DNA of 35,173 nt, taken from a virus. Lineage: Duplodnaviria > Caudoviricetes. Below the pieces are notes generated by a model. It was given only the letters and a program-made list of their open reading frames with translations, did no database searches and was not told the origin of the DNA. Each line of letters begins with the position of its first letter. Within the stretch, counting starts at the first letter, position 1. The stretch lies in IMG/VR virus record IMGVR_UViG_3300038749_000009, positions 1-35,173 of that record; one strand, 5' to 3'. Positions 26,782-35,173 of this stretch are shown here, piece after piece. Position numbers and translations under genes: made by a program.

Positions 26782-27213
26782 ATGCGTTCAATTCATACTT
26801 TAGTTATTCACTGTACTGCCACGCCCGAAGGCCGCGATGTCGACGTAAAAACCATCAGAATGTGGCATACACGAGATAATGGCTGGAAAGACATAGGTTA
26901 TCATTATGTCGTCTACCGCGATGGCTCCGTCCATGCTGGCCGTCCAGTTGAGCAAGTCGGCGCTCACGTAGCTGGGCACAATTCAGGGTCTATAGGCGTT
27001 GTTTACGTCGGCGGCGTCGACGCTTCCATGAAGCCGAAAGATACCAGAACACCAGAGCAAAAAGTTGCGCTGCGCAAACTTCTGACTGAACTCGTGAAAA
27101 CTTATAAGATTACCACGCTCGTCGGCCATCGCGACTTTGATAAGGGCAAAGCCTGTCCGTCTTTCGATGCTAAAAATGAATACGCCGACATACTCAAGGG
27201 AGGGTCAAAATAA
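26782..27213 (+). CDS. Endolysin, N-acetylmuramoyl-L-alanine amidase (T7 lysozyme-like, Amidase_2)
   Basis: IHCTAT, WKDIGYHY, GAHVAGHN, GHRD and KACPSF zinc-ligand motifs. Confidence 0.95.
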   Translation: MRSIHTLVIHCTATPEGRDVDVKTIRMWHTRDNGWKDIGYHYVVYRDGSVHAGRPVEQVGAHVAGHNSGSIGVVYVGGVDASMKPKDTRTPEQKVALRKLLTELVKTYKITTLVGHRDFDKGKACPSFDAKNEYADILKGGSK

Positions 27214-27470
27214 TGGCTCGACCGATTGCTCCTTATTCATATCGCTCCGCATCCTTTCGCAATTTTCAGGACGACCTTGCTTATGCACTTGAGTGCCATA
27301 TCAAACAGAAAAAGCTGACAGCGGCCGATATTTCTAAGCTTTATCCATCAGTTCGAGACTCCCACATCCGGAAAATTCGCGCTGGAAATGGCGTTTCTCT
27401 AGGCATGAAAATGTTGTTTTCAATTGCTGAAGCGTCGGGTCTCCAAGCAAAATTGGAGGTGTCAGCATGA
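27213..27470 (+). CDS. XRE-like HTH protein within the lysis cassette
   Basis: LTAADISKLYPSVRDSHIRKIRAG...LFSIAEASG; overlaps both neighbours. Confidence 0.6.
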   Translation: MARPIAPYSYRSASFRNFQDDLAYALECHIKQKKLTAADISKLYPSVRDSHIRKIRAGNGVSLGMKMLFSIAEASGLQAKLEVSA

Positions 27471-27763
27471 GCACCGAGAAAGAAATCACGCGAAAATTTT
27501 CAAAGAAGATCACTATCGCATCGCTCGCGGCGTTCTTCGGGATTGCTGGTGTTGGCTTACTGATTGGTAACCCGCACACCGCCCAAATTATAGGTGAACT
27601 CGGCCCATGGGTCGTTGCATTGCTCGCGATCTATATGGGTATCGGCCATCTCGATTTTCGCACAAGCAAGGGCATTCCAAGCTGGTTTTCCGACATCCTT
27701 GGGCTGGCTTTCACGCGACGTCGAGCCGAGGCCGCTGACGACAAGAAGGATGTTGAGCTATGA
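27467..27763 (+). CDS. Putative holin (2 TM)
   Basis: Two hydrophobic helices, charged C-terminus, GGAGG RBS; between endolysin and spanins. Confidence 0.7.
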   Translation: MSTEKEITRKFSKKITIASLAAFFGIAGVGLLIGNPHTAQIIGELGPWVVALLAIYMGIGHLDFRTSKGIPSWFSDILGLAFTRRRAEAADDKKDVEL

Positions 27764-27914
27764 ACTTCATCAAAATTCTTGGATGTTTTCTGCTTTTAAA
27801 CAGCGCCGTCTTTCTCTTGCTTTTACCAGCTTTGACGCACGAATTTGCATGGGTACTCGCAGCACTAGCAGCATCAAGCAATCTTAATTGCGGCATCTTT
27901 TTTCTTACGAGAAG

Positions 27915-28295
27915 ATGAGTATGTCGATCATCTCCAACATCCGTCTCGTCCTCACCATCGCACTCTCAGCCATCATAATTGGCGGCTGGCTCTATATCGG
28001 CAACCTAAAATCCAAGCTGGCCGAATCCGACGCCCAGCTCGCTCTCGCAAATGCTCAGCTCAAGCTAACCATTGACGTCGCAAACTCGAACGCAGAGGCC
28101 GTAAAACAGGCGGATGTCGAGCATAAGCGTACGCTCGCGTTACTGAACGATGTGCAAACGTCTCTCAATGAAACAGCCGTTTTGAATCGCGAATTGGAGC
28201 GTGAAATCGCTTTAACGTCACCTGAAAATGATGGACCCGTGGCACCTGTTTTGGAAAACCTTCGCAAGCGAAAATTCGCTGGAGGTGTCAAATGA
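27915..28295 (+). CDS. Rz: Inner-membrane spanin (Rz-like)
   Basis: Single N-terminal TM, long coiled coil, C-terminal DGPVAPVL. Confidence 0.8.
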   Translation: MSMSIISNIRLVLTIALSAIIIGGWLYIGNLKSKLAESDAQLALANAQLKLTIDVANSNAEAVKQADVEHKRTLALLNDVQTSLNETAVLNRELEREIALTSPENDGPVAPVLENLRKRKFAGGVK

Positions 28296-28558
28296 GGATT
28301 GTTGTCGGTGCCGGTCTTCTTATGTCTTTATTGATTTCTGGATGCGCGCATAATCCTGCAGTGGAAGTCGTGACAAAGGTCGAGACACGTCAGATCGAAG
28401 TGCCTGAGGCGCTCCTTACGTGTATGCCTGAGCCTGAAGCAAGGAGAGTCTGGAAGAGCCAGAAAGAGGTCGCTTTGTACCTAATAGGGGTATCTGAGGC
28501 GGGTGAAGATTGCAGGCAGAAGCTGGACGGAGTCAGGCGGCTTATCTCGGAGCAATAA
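28292..28558 (+). CDS. Rz1: Outer-membrane lipoprotein spanin (Rz1-like)
   Basis: Lipobox LISGC; VPEALLTCMPEP and DCRQKL; GGAGG RBS; 4-nt overlap with the i-spanin. Confidence 0.85.
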   Translation: MRIVVGAGLLMSLLISGCAHNPAVEVVTKVETRQIEVPEALLTCMPEPEARRVWKSQKEVALYLIGVSEAGEDCRQKLDGVRRLISEQ

Positions 28559-29102
28559 GCCCTTTTTTCAATAAGAAGTCTTTCATCAAACTTCCGGTAC
28601 CATCGTCCATTATTGTCGATTCAATTGCCAGATTTGATATCGGTTTAATAGAAATCTTTTTCTCTATGGCCTGATGCGCTAAACCTTGGTATTTTGCGAT
28701 TGATAATACCATTATAATTCTGGTATTCATAGGATATAAATTAAATGCAACATCCAATTCTTTAATATAGTTAATTGCTATTTCCTTCCCAATGGGCAGG
28801 CCGCTATTTAATAACTGGCTTTTTATTTCATTTACGAACTTTTTTGATGCGCCAGGTGGCAAAAGATTTAATGCTGCTCGACTCTGTTCGCAAACAACGC
28901 CAATCAAATAAAAATACTTTGTATCGCTATTTGCTATTATTCTTTTTGCGTCTTCAACAATATTTACGTCCGCTAAGTCCGCTAATGTTTGAGCGACACG
29001 AGTTGCAAACAATCTATATCCAGAATCAACCTGATATGCGGTTACCTGCAAGAATTCAGTTGCTAACTTCTCGTTCCTCCGGTCTCTGAATAACCCAAAC
29101 AT
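28542..29102 (-). CDS. Hypothetical protein (186 aa, AT-rich moron)
   Basis: GGGGGA RBS; MFGLF N-terminus; convergent with the lysis genes. Confidence 0.6.
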   Translation of the reverse strand: MFGLFRDRRNEKLATEFLQVTAYQVDSGYRLFATRVAQTLADLADVNIVEDAKRIIANSDTKYFYLIGVVCEQSRAALNLLPPGASKKFVNEIKSQLLNSGLPIGKEIAINYIKELDVAFNLYPMNTRIIMVLSIAKYQGLAHQAIEKKISIKPISNLAIESTIMDDGTGSLMKDFLLKKGLIAPR

Positions 29103-29147
29103 CCCATCCCCCTATAGATTATTTGATTCCATTATCAAAATCGCAGA

Positions 29148-29176
29148 TAAAACAAAACCCTCGGATTCCGAGGGTT
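29148..29176 (-). terminator. Intrinsic terminator for the leftward small-gene cluster
   Basis: AACCCTCGG-aat-CCGAGGGTT stem followed by TTGTTTT on the minus strand. Confidence 0.75.
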
Positions 29177-29200
29177 GGTGGCTTGTAGGTTGATAGAGGT

Positions 29201-29500
29201 TTAGTAGCTGAAGTACCGTTCCTCTTCTTCCAGCAATTTGTCTTTATGCTGTTCAATGTGTTCAATAGCTTCGCTGGGGAATTCCATATAACGCATCGGA
29301 TGCAACGTTGAGACTTCGATGCTTTGCTCTTCGTGACGGTCATTGTGCCAGTCAATGATTATATGTGTTTTGTTGAAATAGATCTCGAAGTAGCTGGCGA
29401 TATCAAGCGCCGATCTGCCGTGTCCCGTTAGCCATACGATAGCTCTTCTGTCTGCGTCGTAGTCCACGGATTTGATATAAGGTGAATATTTAGCACTCAT
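29201..29500 (-). CDS. Small hypothetical protein (99 aa)
   Basis: GAGAGG RBS before ATG 29500; alternative start at 29554. Confidence 0.6.
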   Translation of the reverse strand: MSAKYSPYIKSVDYDADRRAIVWLTGHGRSALDIASYFEIYFNKTHIIIDWHNDRHEEQSIEVSTLHPMRYMEFPSEAIEHIEQHKDKLLEEEERYFSY

Positions 29501-29586
29501 TTTAGGGTTCCTCTCAAGTTGTTTTTGTTTTTGAAAAAGGCCCCGGTTCTCCATGGGCCTCCTTTCTCTATGATGTTTATTTTCCG

Positions 29587-29835
29587 TTATGCGGCTTCTT
29601 CGACATCTTCTACTGGGTTTTCAGCAAGCCAGTCTTCAAGCTGCTCAATGACGGATTCCTGGATATCTTCCGATAAGCCTGAGTTTGTCGAAAGATGGCT
29701 ATCGCCGTTGCTCGTGAGAGAGTTGTGATCGTCGTCGTCAAGCCATTCCAGATTAGCTTCTCCTGCAACCTTAAAAGTCAGGGCCGCTACACCGTCGATG
29801 AATTCGCGTTTGATATCAGTAATAGTTTTAGTCAT
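29587..29835 (-). CDS. Small highly acidic protein (82 aa)
   Basis: GAGAGG RBS; by hand count 21 D/E versus 4 K/R. Confidence 0.7.
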   Translation of the reverse strand: MTKTITDIKREFIDGVAALTFKVAGEANLEWLDDDDHNSLTSNGDSHLSTNSGLSEDIQESVIEQLEDWLAENPVEDVEEAA

Positions 29836-29898
29836 TTTCTTTTCCTCTCATGAGCAGTCAGTGTTTGTTTGTTTGCTGCTCATATAAAAATGATGATG

Positions 29899-29917
29899 TG
29901 TATTTACGATCAATACA
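29899..29917 (-). promoter_or_regulatory. Palindromic operator GTATT-N7-AATAC / leftward promoter
   Basis: TGTATTtacgatcAATACA; on the minus strand TTGTAT-17 nt-CATCAT. Confidence 0.75.
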
Positions 29918-30072
29918 AGAGATATTTTTAATTATTTTATTTCAACTGCAAAATTTGTTGTCCGACTTAGACATATACAGGTGAATTAATTGAAATTATT
30001 TATTGACATCTACTGTTTTTATCGGCCGATTTCTCTTAAATGTAATTCCGCCGACAAAAAAATCGGCGCTTT

Positions 30073-30681
30073 TTAGACGCCGATTGCTTGTTCTAGGTTG
30101 TCTACCCATTCTTCTGTCGGCGGAAGTCCCCAATGGCACACTTGAAAACCAATTCTGCCGACGTCGTATTTTCCGAGGCCAGAGGCTTCCATGAGCTGTT
30201 CACGAGACGCATGTCGTGCAGCGCTAAACCATCTCATCATCAAGATTTCATCGGCGCTTAGTTCGTGCGCGCGCGTATTGTGAGAGCTTGCTACCACGGC
30301 TTCGCCTGTCAATGCGGCTCTATAGAGTGCACGCGTGCGCGACTTCGTTGTCAGATCTCCGACAGTCCAGCTGTCGCGCTCGCGGCCGAAAGGATCATGA
30401 TATCCGTCGATTAATGCTACAATTTCCTGAGCGGCTTCTTGACGAAGTGCGTCGAGTGCGTCAGCGGATATCTGCCGATAGCCGTGGCTTTCGAGCTTAT
30501 GCCCGTGCTGATACCAGGATTGCCTTGGAATTCCGAGGAGGCCCGTGAAGTCCTCGGTTTTCCAGCCCTTTCGTACGAGCTGCCATTTCACATGCATGAA
30601 AGCGTCGCGAATTTCGTCGGCAGATGTGTGAGTGTCGTGAATCTTAAATGGATTCAATTTTTTTGCGCTTACATAGACCAC
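30073..30681 (-). CDS. HTH DNA-binding protein (possibly two HTH units)
   Basis: GWKTEDFTGLLGIPRQSWYQH..GYRQIS and ASREQLMEASGLGKYDVGRI; GGGGAG RBS; overlaps the upstream gene. Confidence 0.6.
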   Translation of the reverse strand: MVYVSAKKLNPFKIHDTHTSADEIRDAFMHVKWQLVRKGWKTEDFTGLLGIPRQSWYQHGHKLESHGYRQISADALDALRQEAAQEIVALIDGYHDPFGRERDSWTVGDLTTKSRTRALYRAALTGEAVVASSHNTRAHELSADEILMMRWFSAARHASREQLMEASGLGKYDVGRIGFQVCHWGLPPTEEWVDNLEQAIGV

Positions 30682-30974
30682 AGTTTTTCTCCCCTTTTTT
30701 CCTCGCGTATGATCAACCTCTCTTCGATGTCTTCATCCGTAAGATGTTCGACTAAATCGCCATCTTCGTTTTGAATGAAATTCGGCGCATAAATGCCGTG
30801 CTCAGCCAGAGATTTGACGTGCTCAATAGCGTCCAGAGTTTCGTCGACATACAGAGTCATCCTAATCCCGTTTTTGGTGTCGACTGTGACTAAGATGAAA
30901 TCATATTCACATTCTTCAACGTCAACAATTCTTGCATACGCCGCAATCGTATTTTCAAAATCTCTTAGTGACAT
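30669..30974 (-). CDS. Small acidic hypothetical protein (101 aa)
   Basis: GAGGAG RBS; by hand count 25 D/E versus 10 K/R. Confidence 0.7.
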   Translation of the reverse strand: MSLRDFENTIAAYARIVDVEECEYDFILVTVDTKNGIRMTLYVDETLDAIEHVKSLAEHGIYAPNFIQNEDGDLVEHLTDEDIEERLIIREEKRGEKLWSM

Positions 30975-31013
30975 AGTTACTCCTCATATTTGCATGTATA
31001 TAAAGAATGGTTC

Positions 31014-31030
31014 GTATTGATGTATAATAC
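31014..31030 (-). promoter_or_regulatory. Palindromic operator GTATT-N7-AATAC / leftward promoter
   Basis: GTATTgatgtatAATAC; on the minus strand TTGTAT-17 nt-CATTCT, about 40 nt before ATG 30974. Confidence 0.75.
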
Positions 31031-31205
31031 AAGTATGATTTCCGCCGTCAGAATTACGATTCTATATTTCCGCAATACACTCAAAATGTCGTCTCATTGA
31101 GTGCATTACGGAAAACGACGCTGATTCAGTATGTTAAAGAGATTTTTGTCTCTTGCGTGATACAACGCGACAATGGTTTTCTAGTATCAAAATAGGAGAA
31201 AACCC

Positions 31206-31748
31206 ATGCTTAAAAGTCAGATTGTCGCACCATTTAAGATGGCAGCTAATACGCTGATTTGGATCGAGAAAATGATCGTCGCTGTGCTGAATTCGATATT
31301 GAAAATCTTTGGCATGAAGCCTATGCCCATTCCGAGCCGTCAGATTCCGAAGCTCTCTATGAAGCCAGAAAATATATTATCGGAAGTTAGAAAAGATGGG
31401 GCGGAGGTCGGTCTGGCTACTTCTGAAAAGCTTCTAAAACCGACAACGGATGCGGGACACACGCTCTACAGATACGCATGCGCACAGTCGCCGTCTGAGC
31501 GCTCGACAATTGACCTGTCCGCTCTCTCTGATGACCAACAATTCTGGCTTTATCAACTCTCGGATGCCGATTTAGCGCGGCTTTCAAAAGCTGGGCTAGA
31601 TGCATGCACACGCGCAATGGACGGCAAACGTTGCGGTGTCGGCGGTTTGCCAAAGTTTGAAAGACAAGAGCCTGCTGAAGCGCCAAGAATGACATCTGCC
31701 TTGGCTGAACGTATATATGCTTACAAAGCAGCTCCAACGTTCGCTTAA
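31206..31748 (+). CDS. Hypothetical protein (180 aa)
   Basis: AGGAG RBS; amphipathic N-terminus. Confidence 0.65.
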   Translation: MLKSQIVAPFKMAANTLIWIEKMIVAVLNSILKIFGMKPMPIPSRQIPKLSMKPENILSEVRKDGAEVGLATSEKLLKPTTDAGHTLYRYACAQSPSERSTIDLSALSDDQQFWLYQLSDADLARLSKAGLDACTRAMDGKRCGVGGLPKFERQEPAEAPRMTSALAERIYAYKAAPTFA

Positions 31749-32044
31749 GCCTGCTTCCGCATACGCTCCAGCAAAGCCTGCCTCTGATTCAACATCTTCG
31801 TCAGGCTTTCGTTTTTCTGACGCTCGGCGGCTAGTTCCTGAGCCAATTTCATAGCAAGCTTGCCCATTTCCTCGGCATCTCGGACAACTTCAGCGACCGC
31901 CGCATTAAATCGAGCGTCGTCGTCGGCTTGTCTAGCAGCGCGTACAGCAGCCATTCCACGATTGTGTGCATCGTAAGCGCCCGACGCGAGAAATGCGATA
32001 GTAGCAGCCGATCCAAATACAATGTTGTTGCCGTGGTTGGACAT
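31745..32044 (-). CDS. Hypothetical coiled-coil protein (99 aa)
   Basis: AGGAG RBS; small hydrophobic N-terminus plus coiled coil; stop codons overlap with the convergent gene. Confidence 0.65.
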   Translation of the reverse strand: MSNHGNNIVFGSAATIAFLASGAYDAHNRGMAAVRAARQADDDARFNAAVAEVVRDAEEMGKLAMKLAQELAAERQKNESLTKMLNQRQALLERMRKQA

Positions 32045-32248
32045 GGTCGATCTCCTGAGTTGGAGGTGGCTTATAACAGGATCTATTTGAGTTGTCCGGG
32101 CATTTTATGAATTATTTTCAAGCAACATCGGTTTACTAATTAAGATTTTATCTAGTTTCGTCAACATACTGTATTGATTACGCAATTTGCGCCGATGAAT
32201 ATTCAGGTGCACGATTTCCTTCTACTTACATCTCGAGAGGAAATCGAA

Positions 32249-32911
32249 ATGACATATACCGGTAAAATAGGTTTATTCAAATTCAAACAAAAGTATTCGA
32301 ATGCAGATAGATACACATCAGTATCGAAGGGCTGCTTACAAATGTCTCTTGATGCGCTTTCAGCTATCGGCCTGAAGACTGGCGATAAATATGCTATTAC
32401 AAAAGGCGACGAAGATCGCACAATTATAGTCCGACACGGAAAATCTGCTTATAATTCAGCATTGAGCAAGCCGGAAGCAATTCGCTTTCAACCGACATTC
32501 ATTCTCGAATTCCTCGGAAATAACGCACGCATTAGCGCTCAAGATATGCCGCTCACGGATATCCAGTTCGATGTATCTGGCGACAAGCTTATCGGCCGAC
32601 TTCCTGACGCGGTGAAAACATCCGTACTCCAAGCACGAAAACTGCAAATTGCTGAAGATGGCGACTTCCGTGACATCATAAGAGGCTATCGCGGAGCGGC
32701 GGCGGCTATCGTGCTGGAAGCACATCGATACGGCATGAAAGATACCCCAGTGGCTCAGGATCAGATGATATCGCTACTGAGAGAAGAGGGACATCGCGTT
32801 GCTCAGATAAATGAACGCCTTTGGCGATTGGATGACAAGACGGCGACACTTGGCGATCTCGTGCAGTTAGCAAGGAAATACGAGGATTCAATCGTGCTGG
32901 TCGCCGCTTAG
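32249..32911 (+). CDS. Hypothetical protein with an AbrB/MazE-like N-terminal pattern (putative regulator)
   Basis: GAGG RBS, ATG 32249; GCLQMSLDALSAIGLKTGDKYAITK..RTIIVR. Confidence 0.5.
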   Translation: MTYTGKIGLFKFKQKYSNADRYTSVSKGCLQMSLDALSAIGLKTGDKYAITKGDEDRTIIVRHGKSAYNSALSKPEAIRFQPTFILEFLGNNARISAQDMPLTDIQFDVSGDKLIGRLPDAVKTSVLQARKLQIAEDGDFRDIIRGYRGAAAAIVLEAHRYGMKDTPVAQDQMISLLREEGHRVAQINERLWRLDDKTATLGDLVQLARKYEDSIVLVAA

Positions 32912-32982
32912 ATCGTTGCTTGACTGCTGTTTCAGTTCGTAGTGCCATAACACGAGTTGGGCAAATAGAATCGGGCAACAAG

Positions 32983-34101
32983 ATGGACATTATAAGTTCC
33001 AGTAGTGCAGCAGAAGCTTCAAATTACAATGAAACCGAAGTACGCTTTCATATACTTGATCCAATCGTTCGAGCATTAGGATACCCTGGTAAGAATAACG
33101 TCTATCTCAACTTGGAAGAAAAGCTTGAGTATCCTTACGTTCATATTGGACGTAGATCAAAAAAAGATCTCCCGTTAGGGTTTCCTGACTATAGAGCTGG
33201 ATTAAAAGGCGCTAGGGGTAGCTTCGTCATTGAAGCGAAGGCTGGAAATGTTAAAATTACTAGTAGAGAAATTGAACAAGCGCACTCCTATGCAGCTCAC
33301 GCGCAGGTTGGGGCGAACTATTTTGTTCTTTGTAATGGCGAAGAGATCGTTATTTTTGAAACGCTTTCAGGACACAGCGCCGAGCCGCTAGTACAAATGC
33401 CTCTTTTGGAGGTGAATCAAAGATTCCATGAAATTCAAAACATTCTTTCTCCGGAAAGCTTGGCCAAAAACTGTACCATTGAGTATGATAATAAACTTAG
33501 GCTTTGCGAAGGTTTAGGTTCGTCAGTGCGCATCAGGGGCGGCGAGTATAAGGTCTCTGATTATGGGTACCGTATTTTTTTCAATGGGGCAGACCAAACA
33601 GATACTTTGAAACCATTACTGCCGCAATTAGGCGAGTTGGATGCCCAATTTAAACTTTTACAAGATGACTTTGAACTTCGGATTTCAGACGGAATAGCTG
33701 AAAGAGACGATGATGGACGCATAACTGCTTCCGTTCAATTTGCTGGCGTAACGAAAGGCAATGCCGCAGCTATGAAACTTCTCGGCATCGACCAGATGTC
33801 ATTTGTGACCCGTGATAAATTTCTTTCTTGTTCATCGACAGAGCCAACCATGTTTGAAACTATTAAGGACTTTGGAGTGCAAAAAGGTGCAATCCTTCCT
33901 CAGTTTCTTGGCCCTGCAGTGCAGATGGAAGCTGACTTGGACGCACAAGTTCAGGTTCGCGCCGCTATGTATGTCAATGATAATAGTATTAACGGGGAAT
34001 ATCTCGCGATTAGTCTATATAAAGCGGATATACCACTGATGGGGCAGTTTGAAGTAGTTCTCGAGCTTGTCGGAACGTTCGATATGATTCTCGACGTGTG
34101 A
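32983..34101 (+). CDS. HsdR N-terminal-like PD-(D/E)xK nuclease with an unknown C-terminal domain
   Basis: NETEVRFHILDPIVRALGY, FPDY, FVIEAK, QAHSYA, YFVLCNG; no helicase motifs. Confidence 0.8.
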   Translation: MDIISSSSAAEASNYNETEVRFHILDPIVRALGYPGKNNVYLNLEEKLEYPYVHIGRRSKKDLPLGFPDYRAGLKGARGSFVIEAKAGNVKITSREIEQAHSYAAHAQVGANYFVLCNGEEIVIFETLSGHSAEPLVQMPLLEVNQRFHEIQNILSPESLAKNCTIEYDNKLRLCEGLGSSVRIRGGEYKVSDYGYRIFFNGADQTDTLKPLLPQLGELDAQFKLLQDDFELRISDGIAERDDDGRITASVQFAGVTKGNAAAMKLLGIDQMSFVTRDKFLSCSSTEPTMFETIKDFGVQKGAILPQFLGPAVQMEADLDAQVQVRAAMYVNDNSINGEYLAISLYKADIPLMGQFEVVLELVGTFDMILDV

Positions 34102-34126
34102 CAATAAGTTTCGAGGAGTATTTTAG

Positions 34127-35173
34127 GTGATAAATAGCCGAAATGGAAACGCTGAAGATAGTCACTTCCATTGGATCAAAGATGGTGAAAAATTCGCATT
34201 AATAGGACTAGACGTCCCCGTAGAGCCCGAATTTACGGAAATGATATTGGATGACGGAATGATGGCCCTAGCCGACACGTCATTCCAATTGCCTGACTAT
34301 TGGAAGAATTGGCTCGGTAGCATTCGAGTAGAGCAAATCAACGAATGCAGACTTTTTCTACTAGCAAAATGCGAAAGTCAGACAGTTGGTATCGTAAACG
34401 GAGAAGATAAGTGTCTCATTTCCAAAGTTGGACACTGGATGATGGGTCTCTGTCTTTCTCAGAAAATAAGCGTCACCGAAGCCATCTTTCAGGCGGTTGG
34501 CCATTGCAAAGACGGTAAAGTTGATATCAGAAATTTTTCTTCGCTTGTTCCACCGCTTGGTTCAATAGTAAGTGAATTTGGTCCTATAGGTGAAGAACGT
34601 CTCATCAGCGCAGCAAACATAGCTGTCGGTTTACACGAAATAACCGACAAAGAAGCTGCATATTGGCGTTTACTGCGTTGCCTCCACATCTATCAAGAAG
34701 CAAGGAGCCAGCGCGATATTTTAGACCGTGTTCATCAGTTTACGCGTTGCATTGAAGGCCTGATCGTTCCAACCCAAGGGAATACCAAGAGGCAGTTCAA
34801 GAGCCGGACTGAGCTATTTATCGGTCCAAAGCACCATGAGCTTATGGGAAAATTGTATGACGTTCGCAGCGACGTAGAGCATCTTCATGAAAACAGACTT
34901 CTAGAGCAATTTGATCGCGATCAAAGGATAGAAATCGCAAAATTGGAAGCGGTTAGCGAGTGGATTGCAAGGAGTTGTCTTACGCGCATTCTGCTGTCTC
35001 CTCAACTTAGAGTGATGTTCGGGAATGTTATGAACTTAAATGCATTCTGGGCCTTGGATCCCGAGCAGATGAGAATGGTCTGGGGCGACCCCGTGGATCC
35101 AATGGACACGGCAAAACAATTCAACTTCACCTACATTACAAATTCATCATTAGGGTCGAGAGTGCAGGAGTAA
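34127..35173 (+). CDS. ApeA-like HEPN-domain protein
   Basis: GAGGAG RBS; RCIEGL helix and YDVRSDVEH (R-x4-H) motif in the C-terminal half. Confidence 0.7.
   Translation: MINSRNGNAEDSHFHWIKDGEKFALIGLDVPVEPEFTEMILDDGMMALADTSFQLPDYWKNWLGSIRVEQINECRLFLLAKCESQTVGIVNGEDKCLISKVGHWMMGLCLSQKISVTEAIFQAVGHCKDGKVDIRNFSSLVPPLGSIVSEFGPIGEERLISAANIAVGLHEITDKEAAYWRLLRCLHIYQEARSQRDILDRVHQFTRCIEGLIVPTQGNTKRQFKSRTELFIGPKHHELMGKLYDVRSDVEHLHENRLLEQFDRDQRIEIAKLEAVSEWIARSCLTRILLSPQLRVMFGNVMNLNAFWALDPEQMRMVWGDPVDPMDTAKQFNFTYITNSSLGSRVQE

Larger units (their letters stand above)
1..35173. mobile_element. Lambda-like temperate phage/prophage region (morphogenesis and lysis core ~3478-28558); boundaries and att sites not visible
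   Basis: Syntenic terminase-portal-protease-capsid-tail-tape measure-lysis order; the flanks hold typical phage accessory genes. No integrase or att site in the window, so the extent is uncertain. Confidence 0.85.

Noticed and set aside
27594-27896. ORFs 27594-27887 (+) and 27711-27896 (-)
   Set aside because: They overlap the holin, with no convincing RBS or protein features.
32983-34101. Complete type I restriction-modification system
   Set aside because: Only the nuclease-like domain is present; no helicase motifs and no hsdM or hsdS in the window.
1-35173. Integrase, replication genes, reverse transcriptase/DGR, tRNA, rRNA, IS elements
   Set aside because: No supporting motifs or long repeats were seen by eye; such modules probably lie outside the window.

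Overview
Most of this window is a lambda-like (cos-packaging, siphovirus-type) temperate phage or prophage region. The host is probably an alphaproteobacterium, judged from a GTTC-N7-GTTC LexA box. Gene order: SOS-regulated Y-family polymerase plus a Zn-ribbon partner; putative cos site; Nu1/GpA-type terminase; gpW-like adaptor; lambda-family portal; a ~2.5 kb antisense insert carrying GIY-YIG, PD-(D/E)xK and AbiV-like HEPN genes; protease/scaffold; decoration and gpE-like capsid; a possible head spike/fibre pair; head-tail connectors; tail tube; G/GT frameshift chaperones; tape measure; tail tip; a T5 A1-like metallophosphoesterase; amidase-holin-spanin lysis genes; a leftward cluster of small acidic genes with an HTH gene; and an HsdR_N-like nuclease plus ApeA-like HEPN pair. 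Two repeated DNA motifs stand out. TAGAATCTTGCA (4 exact copies, each 47-55 nt before a late gene start) looks like a late promoter element. GTATT-N7-AATAC (3 copies) looks like an operator linking the acidic-gene/HTH cluster (acr-aca-like layout) to the A1-like gene. No integrase, replication gene, clear CI repressor, tail fibre, tRNA, rRNA or CRISPR array was seen. All family assignments come from reading motifs by eye, not from database searches.
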